Shown here: positions 56,111-64,000 of the stretch, piece after piece | Position numbering within the stretch: the first letter of the stretch is position 1 | Layout of the letters: the number at the start of each line of letters is the position of its first letter | Virus record (IMG/VR): IMGVR_UViG_3300037264_003124 | Coordinates: 6,443-70,442 of that record | Source: a virus | Direction: 5' to 3' (one strand) | DNA: 64,000 nucleotides | Notes under the pieces: generated by a model | Told to the model about the DNA's origin: nothing | The model's input: the letters and a program-made list of their open reading frames with translations, nothing else | The model's database searches: none | Translations under genes and position numbers: made by a program

Positions 56111-56980
56111 TTAATAATACCGGAAACTGAACAGGATATAGCGGTCTTCCTCTTGCGTGTCGCCGAACACGAGCCGGAATTCGCAGAAGTCGAAGATGCC
56201 GTCTGGGATCTGATAAGCTCGGTTGGCTTGCACATCGGTGATCGTCGCAATCAACAGCGTTCCGTTAGCCGCTCGCGGGCGGACCCACTCGCCAATGGCC
56301 ATCTCGCCCGTTTCCAGCTTGGCTGCATTGCGGACCTCGTAATTGACGATCTGGGTTGCCGAGCTGCTCGATGAAGAGCTGCTGGACGAAACGCTAGAGG
56401 ACGACGAATTAGAAGATGGCGACGCTGAGGATGACGAGGACGAACTGTTTTCAGATAGCGAGCTTCTCGACGAACTCGACGAGCTGGACGAGCTGGACGA
56501 ATTCGAGGAGCTGGATGAATCGCTCGAAGGGCTGGAGCTGCTAGACGAACTGCTCGACGAGTTTGACGAGCTGCTGGAATTGCTAGAGCTGGATGAATTC
56601 GACGACGCCGACGATGGGGACATCGACGACGTGCTCGATTCGCTGGAAGTGCTCGATTCGGAAAACGACATGGACGACTGTGACGAAGCCGACACGGAAG
56701 ACGCGGAGGATGACGTGGGGCTGCTGGCGGAGCTGCTGGACGAATTGCTGGAAGAGCTGCTATTGCTTGAAGAGGAATTCGAGCTGGCCGACGATGGAGA
56801 AGACGAAGACTCGTTCGACAGACTCGAGGCCGAGCTGCTTGAAGATTCTTCAATCGCCGCGTCCCAATCGGACGGCAGTTGAAAGCTGCCGCCTACTGCG
56901 CCCTGGGTCATAATCACCCCGGTCACGGTCGCACCTGCCGCGAGCTTCTTGGCAAACTTGACTAATGTCCCCGATGCCAT
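56111..56980 (-). CDS. Small beta-rich virion-type protein with an internal poly-Ser insertion
   Basis: About 160-aa Ser tract between LPSDWDAAIEE and ATQIVNYEV. Confidence 0.75.
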   Translation of the reverse strand: MASGTLVKFAKKLAAGATVTGVIMTQGAVGGSFQLPSDWDAAIEESSSSSASSLSNESSSSPSSASSNSSSSNSSSSSNSSSSSASSPTSSSASSVSASSQSSMSFSESSTSSESSTSSMSPSSASSNSSSSSNSSSSSNSSSSSSSSSSPSSDSSSSSNSSSSSSSSSSSRSSLSENSSSSSSSASPSSNSSSSSVSSSSSSSSSSATQIVNYEVRNAAKLETGEMAIGEWVRPRAANGTLLIATITDVQANRAYQIPDGIFDFCEFRLVFGDTQEEDRYILFSFRYY

Positions 56981-56998
56981 GCTGCACCTCTTCTGCTA

Positions 56999-57301
56999 TC
57001 AAATATTCGGATTCAGGTAAAAGCTCCGGACGTTCGTCCACAAGACGACCGCTCCGTCAGTGAGTTTGCCCTGTACATCCCATTCGCCTTCCACGGCCTC
57101 GCCGGTAGTGAACCTGTAAGTCACGATTCCGTCGGTCCCGTTTGTTTTGTACGCCAGTTGCGCCAGCAAGAGCGTCTTATCCAGCACCGCGCCACCAGGT
57201 TGCTTAAAACGAACCAATACGTCATCCTGCTGAGCCAGGTTTTCGACAGTGGCGCCGGTCTTAAAAAGTAACTCGTATTGGATGGTCGATAGTTCTTGCA
57301 T
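56999..57301 (-). CDS. BppU-N/Ig-like virion protein
   Basis: VRFKQPGG, GTDGIVTY, GEWDVQG. Confidence 0.6.
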   Translation of the reverse strand: MQELSTIQYELLFKTGATVENLAQQDDVLVRFKQPGGAVLDKTLLLAQLAYKTNGTDGIVTYRFTTGEAVEGEWDVQGKLTDGAVVLWTNVRSFYLNPNI

Positions 57302-57311
57302 CTTTGAATTG

Positions 57312-59867
57312 TCACGTTCCCGACGGATGCCGAGTCCTCAACTCAATCTGAATTGTACCAGTTACTTGCAACTCGATCTGCATTGTACCGGCCATTTGCA
57401 ACTCAATCTGCATCACACGGCTGACGTCCAGCTCGATTGTTTCGTACAGGCGATAGTCGATAGACGAAATAAATAGCGATGGCAGTAAAGTCCGATTGGC
57501 CAGCATGACCGCAATCCTGGTTGCTGACTCGGAATCCTGATTGTAGACGTTCCATAGTTGGGCCGGAGTCTGGCGTCTGACAATCCGCGGCCGAAAGATG
57601 TACGGAGCCCTTCGCAGTCCTGCCAGCCCGACAATCTGCCGACGAGGATTTATCCATTGAGCGGGCGGTGCAAAATCTTTCCATCGAAACGCCGGCACCC
57701 TCAGACGGCGGGGTGCGATAGGCTCGATTGCCGTAGTCGGTATGCCGGTATTCGTAATCGGCAAGTTGCGACGCGGGTTCCGCCATTGACGCGGAGGAGC
57801 GTATGTCTCCCATCGATAGGGCGGTACTCGCAGTCGCCTTGGAGTAATGACCTCCGTCGGAGTTACCGGCGCGCCAGTATTCGTGATTGGCAACGCCCTG
57901 CGAAGATTTCTCCACTGCCGCGGCGAAGCGTATGTCTCCCAACGGTACGGCGGCTTGGCAACCCGGCGGCTGTGGATTTCCGACACCGGCTTTCCGGTAT
58001 TCGTGATGGGGAGCTTGCGGCGCGGATTGCGCCACTGAGCGGGTGGCGCATAGGTTTTCCATTGATAAGTCGGTATTCGTAGGCGTCGCGGCGTTATGAC
58101 GTCCGTCGGAGTTACCGGAGCCGCCGTGTTCGTAATCGGCAGCTTGCGGCGTGGGTTTCTCCACTGAGCGGGCGGCGCGTAGGTTGCCCATCGATAGGAT
58201 GGAACGCGGAGACGTCGAGGAGCGATAGGCTCGATTGCCGTAGTCGGCGCGGCCGTATTTGTAATCGGCAATCCCCGGCGTGGGTTTCTCCACTGCCTGG
58301 GCGGCGCGTACGTTGCCCATTGATACGGCGGAGCGCGCAAGCGACGCGGCGATATGACCTCCGTCGGAGTTACCGGCGCGCCAGTATTCGTAATAGGAAG
58401 GTTGCGCCTGATATTTCGCCATTGGGATGGAGGCGCGTAAGTTGCCCATCGATAAGGCGGCACCCGCATGCGGCGCGGCGATATAGGCTCGATCGCCGTA
58501 GTCGGCGCGGCCGTATTTGTGATCGGAAGTTTCCGACGTGGATTTCTCCACTGAGCGGGCGGCGCATATGTCGCCAACCGATAGGGCGGCACGCGGAGAC
58601 GGCGTGGCGATATAGTCTCGATGGACGTAGTTGGCGCGGCCGTGTTCGTGATCGGAAGGTTGCGCCTTGCGTTCCGCCAGATACGCGGTGCATAGACTTC
58701 CCATCGCCACGTTCTTTTCCGCAGAATGACGGATTGCACCTGCGGCGCGGCCGCCGTTACCGAGAACGGAACATTGCGGCGGGGATTTCTGAAAAGCTTC
58801 GGCGCAAAGTCCTGCCACCTGTAAGGAGGCTTGCGGAATACGCAGCCGGTGACCGGCTTGCCAGTGCTGATGATCGGCAGCTTCCGGCGTGGATTGCGCC
58901 ACATCTTCGGCGCATAGACCGACCACTGATAGGGAGGCGCTCGCAGTCGCCTCGGAGTGATGATCTCGATCGGCATAACCGGCGCTGCCGTGTTTGTAAT
59001 CGGCAACTTCCGGCGTGATGTATCGCGCCACATCCTTGGCGCGTAGATTTCCCATCTCCACGGCGGCTTCTTCAGCCTCCGCGTATCGAGGACCATCGTC
59101 CGCAGCTCGCCACGACCAGTATTCGTGATCGGAATCTTGCGGCGCGGATTTCGCCACTGCCTGGGCGGAGCATAGCTTTCCCATCGATAGGGAGGCACCC
59201 TCAACCTGCGAGGCACGATTACAGCTACCGCCGTAGAGGTTAGTGGCGGTGGAACGGACTGCGCTCGGAAGAACTGCGCCCGCCTGTACGGCATGAAATA
59301 AACCCGCGTCCGCGTGCGCGGATATTTCCGGCCGAGTTGGAAGTACCCAACTGGCGTCAGGTTGCCATTGCCCTCCCGATAAACAACACGCCTCGAGGCA
59401 TACGTCACAAATACTGGCGCGCCGGTGTTCGTGATTGGCAGTTTCCGCCTGGACGTGTCCCTCCAGATACGCGGAGGCGCAAAGGATTCCCACCGATAGG
59501 GCGGCCGCCTGGATAGCAATACGGCAGGCGTGACCGGCACACCGGTATTCGTGATAGGAAGCTTCCGCCTCGGATTCCGCCATTGAGCGGGTGGCGCGTA
59601 GTCTTTCCAGCGGAACGCCGGCACTCGCAGACGGCGAGGCGCTACCATCTCGACGACCGTTACCGGCGCTGCGGTATTGGTAATCGGCAAGTTGCGCCGT
59701 GGATTTCGCCATTGACGCGGCGGCGCGTACGTAGCCCATTGGTAGGTCGGCACCCGCAGACGGCGAGGCACGATTACATCGACCGCCGTCACCGGCTTGC
59801 CGGTATTGGTGATCGGTATCTTGCGGCGGACGCCCGTCCAGTAGCGGCGGTAAAGTGCTCCGGCCAT
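57312..59867 (-). CDS. Arg/Pro/Trp-rich tandem-repeat protein (~16 units of up to 43 aa)
   Basis: RRxLPITNT..P....I.PRRLRVPPYRW.TYAPP.QWRNP units with a 129-bp period and synonymous divergence. Confidence 0.8.
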   Translation of the reverse strand: MAGALYRRYWTGVRRKIPITNTGKPVTAVDVIVPRRLRVPTYQWATYAPPRQWRNPRRNLPITNTAAPVTVVEMVAPRRLRVPAFRWKDYAPPAQWRNPRRKLPITNTGVPVTPAVLLSRRPPYRWESFAPPRIWRDTSRRKLPITNTGAPVFVTYASRRVVYREGNGNLTPVGYFQLGRKYPRTRTRVYFMPYRRAQFFRAQSVPPPLTSTAVAVIVPRRLRVPPYRWESYAPPRQWRNPRRKIPITNTGRGELRTMVLDTRRLKKPPWRWEIYAPRMWRDTSRRKLPITNTAAPVMPIEIITPRRLRAPPYQWSVYAPKMWRNPRRKLPIISTGKPVTGCVFRKPPYRWQDFAPKLFRNPRRNVPFSVTAAAPQVQSVILRKRTWRWEVYAPRIWRNARRNLPITNTAAPTTSIETISPRRLRVPPYRLATYAPPAQWRNPRRKLPITNTAAPTTAIEPISPRRMRVPPYRWATYAPPSQWRNIRRNLPITNTGAPVTPTEVISPRRLRAPPYQWATYAPPRQWRNPRRGLPITNTAAPTTAIEPIAPRRLRVPSYRWATYAPPAQWRNPRRKLPITNTAAPVTPTDVITPRRLRIPTYQWKTYAPPAQWRNPRRKLPITNTGKPVSEIHSRRVAKPPYRWETYASPRQWRNLRRALPITNTGAPVTPTEVITPRRLRVPPYRWETYAPPRQWRNPRRNLPITNTGIPTTAIEPIAPRRLRVPAFRWKDFAPPAQWINPRRQIVGLAGLRRAPYIFRPRIVRRQTPAQLWNVYNQDSESATRIAVMLANRTLLPSLFISSIDYRLYETIELDVSRVMQIELQMAGTMQIELQVTGTIQIELRTRHPSGT

Positions 59868-59893
59868 CCACGCTTACTCTCCAGCAGATCCTA

Positions 59894-60367
59894 TTAGCCG
59901 CCGAGTTCCTCAACGGTGGCGACCACCTGAAATGTGATTGAGTCGGCCGGTGAGCTGACCAGTTTAATCATGCAACGCGTGGACGGCGCAAACTCCGGCT
60001 GATCTTGTGGGATCGGCAGATAGTTCATGCCGGCCATGACGTTCCATGTCTCCCGGTGGATTACAACCGATGTACCTCCTGTCAAGTCAGTGGTGTTGAA
60101 CGCCTCGGCGACAATACCTGCCGCCACATCTCCGGATGATACCGGGATGGGGGTGGGCGTCGATCCGCCGGAGCCGGAAGTAGGCGCACCAGTGTTCCGC
60201 TCGATGGTGCAAGTCACCTGCTCGCTGGCGGCGTCGCCGGCCTCGGTGCTCTGCGTGATGACGACCTGATGCAGCTTCATCACGGAATCAGACGGGCACA
60301 GGATTTCAAGGAAATCGCCAGCGGCTGTTTCCGCACCTGAAGCTTCAATTGTGTAAACACGTCCCAT
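59894..60367 (-). CDS. Putative virion protein (paralogue of 61540-62007)
   Basis: Shared VY, D..SEQ, TP.P...GD.A and Y.P.P.. pattern. Confidence 0.6.
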   Translation of the reverse strand: MGRVYTIEASGAETAAGDFLEILCPSDSVMKLHQVVITQSTEAGDAASEQVTCTIERNTGAPTSGSGGSTPTPIPVSSGDVAAGIVAEAFNTTDLTGGTSVVIHRETWNVMAGMNYLPIPQDQPEFAPSTRCMIKLVSSPADSITFQVVATVEELGG

Positions 60368-60407
60368 GTCGAATCTCCCATTGGTTAAGGAAAGGAAAAC
60401 AGTTCTG

Positions 60408-61535
60408 TTAGCGAATAATATTAAGGTCTGGTATTCTGTGGTGCAAGTTGGGACGCTTGCGGCGCGGCGGGAAGCCGACGATGATGGCGGCGACCGTAAA
60501 TGTCGGCGTGGCAACCGCCCCGACGCCCCCAACGAGCGCCGTGCCGGGCACGGTTACGGTGATCGTTTCCATGGCCGTAATATTATACGTCGCAAACGGA
60601 TCCCATGTAATTGTGACTACCGTATCGCTGGTCCTGACTACACCTCCAAGGCTTTGCAGGGCCTTGGGAACTAAGTCCCAGCCGAGCGTCTCCGACTGGG
60701 CTGAGTCGCACCCTGCAATAATCTCATCCCGCTGCAAGTCAAACGATGCCGCGCCAGCGGCAATCCACTGGCCATCCGTCAAGGTAATAATCAGCGTTTT
60801 TCCACCGGTCACGATATCGGCCTCAGTCACCGAGCTAGTAATCGTCCCGGTAATGGCCGCCGTCATCAGCGGTGGGATGCCCAGGTGGATAGACTGAGAG
60901 TTGACTGCGGTGTCATGGTCCCACGTTGTCGCCCCAGTAGTCGTCCCAGCGCACGTAGCTGTGACGATACCAACGCCTCCACCAGCAGCGGTGTTTACAG
61001 TCTGGTCGATCTGCTCTGTGATGCTCGCGAGATTCGCGTTGGCGTAATTGCTCCCGTTGGTAGTGTCGTTTGCGTCGTCTGTAAATCCAATAGCCTGAAT
61101 AATTAGTGAGTTGCCGACAACAGTGATACCAGACGTTGAACAGCCGGTTTGTGTCGTCCCGTGATCCGATTTAGCTCCAACCACGGTATTTGTAATTGCA
61201 GCCAGCCCATGTCCGGCAATGACAATCATCGCCCCGGCACAATGGTCTCCGACGCCGTCTACCGTGACATTGCCCTCACCCGCGCCAGCAATCTTGCCAA
61301 ATACAGTAAGCGTGGAGACTCCAGGTATACCAAGCTCTACCGTTTGCTGATACAGGCTTGTCCAGCCACTTGGGGTATTCGGGGTTCCGGCTGCGGTAGA
61401 CGAACCCGTACTCTCCATGATGATGTACATGGCGTTGCCGGCCACTGGCGCAGACCCGCCAGTCGGGACAGCCGCCGTGAAGCTAGTCGTCCCACTCCCG
61501 AATGCACCTACGCCACGTACTGTCGGAGCAGACAT
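60408..61535 (-). CDS. Thr/Gly/Ala-rich putative virion fibre/accessory protein
   Basis: PTVRGVG, TPSGWT and VVRTSDTVVTIT motifs; beta-rich composition. Confidence 0.6.
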   Translation of the reverse strand: MSAPTVRGVGAFGSGTTSFTAAVPTGGSAPVAGNAMYIIMESTGSSTAAGTPNTPSGWTSLYQQTVELGIPGVSTLTVFGKIAGAGEGNVTVDGVGDHCAGAMIVIAGHGLAAITNTVVGAKSDHGTTQTGCSTSGITVVGNSLIIQAIGFTDDANDTTNGSNYANANLASITEQIDQTVNTAAGGGVGIVTATCAGTTTGATTWDHDTAVNSQSIHLGIPPLMTAAITGTITSSVTEADIVTGGKTLIITLTDGQWIAAGAASFDLQRDEIIAGCDSAQSETLGWDLVPKALQSLGGVVRTSDTVVTITWDPFATYNITAMETITVTVPGTALVGGVGAVATPTFTVAAIIVGFPPRRKRPNLHHRIPDLNIIR

Positions 61536-61539
61536 CTAG

Positions 61540-62007
61540 CTAGCCCATCTCACGATAGATAATCTCGGCCGTCAAGTCCGTGCTGTTGGCGATCGCGTCA
61601 ATCAAACGCAACCCAACCGTGTCACTCGGCTTGATGATGTTCCGCTCCTCCGGCAGCGGCGTGTACTCCCAACCGCCGCCGAGCTTGTTGTTTCCGCCAC
61701 TCTTAATCGAGTCGCCGCTCGCGTCATAAGTTGGCTCGCTCGCCGTAACGTTCAGCTTGGCCGTGCATGCGCTGGCCGCGTCTCCTTCCTCAGTCGGCTT
61801 AGGAGTGATCGTTGTTGCCGTCGGCGTACCCAGCGTGGCGATTCGATTCAGCTCGGCGTAAATCTGCTCGGACGTGTCTTCATCCTGGTCCGTGATGCTG
61901 GCCGATAGAATCTCAATCACCGCCGTTGCCGGCGTCGTGATGTACAACAGCGTTTTGGCAGTGGTGACGCCGCTGATGGTGCCGGATGCTCTGTAAACTC
62001 CTCTCAT
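61540..62007 (-). CDS. Putative virion protein
   Basis: Paralogue of 59894-60367. Confidence 0.6.
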   Translation of the reverse strand: MRGVYRASGTISGVTTAKTLLYITTPATAVIEILSASITDQDEDTSEQIYAELNRIATLGTPTATTITPKPTEEGDAASACTAKLNVTASEPTYDASGDSIKSGGNNKLGGGWEYTPLPEERNIIKPSDTVGLRLIDAIANSTDLTAEIIYREMG

Positions 62008-63047
62008 GCTACTCTCCTTGATCTGCGGATGATGGTGTTTCTGCCGTCGTCAAATTGGTCGATAAGCAATCCCATTGCCAGGCGTTCCGTAGCTGTCTGC
62101 GACCACGATCCACCATCAGTTCTCGTTGTTAAATGAATGTTTTGTCCGCCGCAAAAGGAATCCATAATTGCTGCCGCATTAACGCCAAACCCCATAGGCT
62201 GAACATCAGTCGCCGTCTCGGGAAGTATTGTCAGCCTGTAAGCGGCATCCTTCTGCAGCGTCACTGCGCTTGTAAACCTGCAATGATAATTATTCCCATC
62301 CGTAGACAATATGATGTCTTGATCCAGTGAAGGTGTTTGTGCCAACACTGTACTCCCATCACTGTCGTATAATTTATATCGCATCGTGCCACCGGCCGTG
62401 GGGGAGCACTTGGCCCACGCTCCAATTGCCCTGCACTTGAATGGCAAGCTGAGAATGAGTCCTTTCTCATCAGGAGTGCTGCCTGAATTATACGAGACCG
62501 CAGTTATAGAAGTTATTGGATAAACACCATCGGCAACCCCATAACTTCCATCATTGTATTCCAGAGCTACTAGTGGTGTACCGGTATTCGTGGCCTTTGC
62601 CCATGAGGACGTGAAGTGAGCAGTATACGGGAACATATACTCATCGAACCTCGCCCGGCCTATCTCCATGTTGCCACCACTCGGAGTGACAACAACAACG
62701 GCAATTATGTCTCCCTCCGCTACAACCGCACCAGCAGTAAGAGATTTCAGGAACCAAGTATTGTCGTTCGCGTCTGCAATTACCTGAGCCCCGTTAGTGT
62801 TCGTTGCCCACAACGTACCTGTTGGAAATCCATCACCTCCAACTGTCTCGATTCTCACGTCAACCGTAGCCCCCGTTGTCACCGTTCGAGTGGTAAATCC
62901 AACTTTAGAAATTGTACCGGCCTTCGGGACAGTAAAAATCATCCCGGCCTTTTCATTAGCCGCGTCCAACACGAACGTACCAAAAGAACTGTTTTGTGTA
63001 GACCAGAACAGGGACGGGAAATAAATTGGGCCGGTAGATACAAGCAT
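62004..63047 (-). CDS. Putative virion protein with two beta-sandwich-like halves
   Basis: Internal duplication: EKAGMIF.VP and EKGLIL.LP. Confidence 0.6.
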   Translation of the reverse strand: MLVSTGPIYFPSLFWSTQNSSFGTFVLDAANEKAGMIFTVPKAGTISKVGFTTRTVTTGATVDVRIETVGGDGFPTGTLWATNTNGAQVIADANDNTWFLKSLTAGAVVAEGDIIAVVVVTPSGGNMEIGRARFDEYMFPYTAHFTSSWAKATNTGTPLVALEYNDGSYGVADGVYPITSITAVSYNSGSTPDEKGLILSLPFKCRAIGAWAKCSPTAGGTMRYKLYDSDGSTVLAQTPSLDQDIILSTDGNNYHCRFTSAVTLQKDAAYRLTILPETATDVQPMGFGVNAAAIMDSFCGGQNIHLTTRTDGGSWSQTATERLAMGLLIDQFDDGRNTIIRRSRRVA

Positions 63048-63373
63048 CAGATCACCGTCACTTCCACGGCCTCAAAGGCATCCGTAACATCCACACCTGT
63101 CGTCGGGTCATTTGAATCATCCTGCAATCCGTCGTAGAGCAGATGTTTGAATTCATGCTTCGTGACAGCATTCAAGTTTGGATTCTGGCCTTTGATAAAC
63201 TGGTACGCCTCATTGAGAATCGCCTTGCCAACCTCCTGCTCGATCGCATTGCCGTTCTTGATCGCCTGCACGGCGATGCGGATCAGCGGCGCACGAACTG
63301 CCGGGTAGCGGATGAAGGCCCGATCGAGAACGGTCGCTTTGCCTGCGTTGACTTGAGCGGTAGTAACGGCCAT
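63047..63373 (-). CDS. Hypothetical protein
   Basis: GGAGG RBS; coupled to the downstream gene. Confidence 0.55.
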   Translation of the reverse strand: MAVTTAQVNAGKATVLDRAFIRYPAVRAPLIRIAVQAIKNGNAIEQEVGKAILNEAYQFIKGQNPNLNAVTKHEFKHLLYDGLQDDSNDPTTGVDVTDAFEAVEVTVI

Positions 63374-63386
63374 TGATACCCACCTC

Positions 63387-64000
63387 CTACACAATCACCA
63401 GCACATCGTTTTCCGCCGGAGCAACCGTCAACCCGCTAACCGTCAGCACCCCGCTGCCATTCGATTCAGTAATGTCCGCCTGCTTGCCGCGCAAGGACGC
63501 CGTCAAAGTTGACGATGGAAATAGCACGATCCTGTTTTTGAATTGAGATTGCACCGTAGGCGCAGGCGTCAATCCGGAAGTTATGATATTCGTCACGCTC
63601 GAGCCGGCCGCCACGGTCCCAATTGCCATCGACAGACCGGCTCGCTTCATGGCCGCCACGGCATCCGCATTCCCATCTACCTGCTTCAAATTGGCCGCTA
63701 GATTCTCCACGTTCAGGTCGACCTTGTGCTGAGCGAGGTCATTGCCATACGTGTCGATATGCAGTGTCTTCGCGCTAAAGACAATTGGAACCGTCTGGTC
63801 TTTGATGACGACGTGCGCCTGGCTGGCAGTCCTTTCGGCGGCCGTGAGTGTGAGTGCATAAACACCACTTCCAACAGCCGCCGGTAGATTGATCGTGTTG
63901 GCCAACGCCCCGCCATCCTTCGACAGCTTCACATCTCCCGCCTCAAACGTGATCCCGGACTTCGGCTCCCCGGTCGCTGGATCGTAGAGCGTAAATACCT
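63387..64000 (-). CDS. Putative virion protein (partial, start beyond the window)
   Basis: Frame open to the window edge; GDVKLSKDGGA.AN..NLP and GVY.L.LTAAE motifs. Confidence 0.65.
   Translation of the reverse strand, partial: VFTLYDPATGEPKSGITFEAGDVKLSKDGGALANTINLPAAVGSGVYALTLTAAERTASQAHVVIKDQTVPIVFSAKTLHIDTYGNDLAQHKVDLNVENLAANLKQVDGNADAVAAMKRAGLSMAIGTVAAGSSVTNIITSGLTPAPTVQSQFKNRIVLFPSSTLTASLRGKQADITESNGSGVLTVSGLTVAPAENDVLVIV

Noticed and set aside
57700-59830. 129-bp periodic repeats as a CRISPR-like array
   Set aside because: Whole units are homologous with no unique spacers, the period is a multiple of 3, and no cas operon is present.
57403-59913. 836-aa overlapping ORF in another minus-strand frame
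   Set aside because: Variation between repeats is synonymous in the 57312-59867 frame and non-synonymous in this one, so this frame is a by-product.

Overview
The whole window reads as a contiguous piece of a tailed dsDNA phage or prophage genome. The host is probably a Planctomycete or other PVC bacterium (inferred from csrA, a PEP-CTERM/dockerin-like protein and heptamer repeats). Most genes are on the minus strand. From right to left: fibre/accessory virion genes (56-64 kb); TerS, TerL, KTSC protein and Mu-like portal; three sugar-modifying genes; protease/scaffold, decoration protein and major capsid; adaptor, tail tube, a frameshifted chaperone, a very short tape measure and baseplate-like genes; two poly-serine/Cys-rich paralogues; a glycosylation cluster; a plus-strand island (glycosyltransferases, PEP-CTERM protein, ParB-topoisomerase IB fusion); an XRE repressor with promoters; and an early/replication operon (ParB, Cas4-like nuclease, Sak4-like ATPase, SSB, initiator with iterons, DnaB, C5 methylase, RusA, HNHs, CsrA). 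I found no integrase, DNA polymerase, tRNA, rRNA or CRISPR array, and both window ends cut through genes. The most notable candidates are: (1) a self-encoded virion O-glycosylation system, with about 11 sugar enzymes plus mucin-like poly-Ser proteins; (2) a putative capsid-cargo tagging/processing motif (RY...HPRD..GKF) shared by the portal and a ParB-TopoIB polyprotein, with related Tyr sites in the protease/scaffold; (3) an apparently circularly permuted Cas4/AddB-like nuclease; (4) two covarying copies of a three-way-junction RNA motif; (5) an 851-aa Arg/Pro/Trp tandem-repeat protein. All family calls come from motifs recognised by eye, not from database searches.
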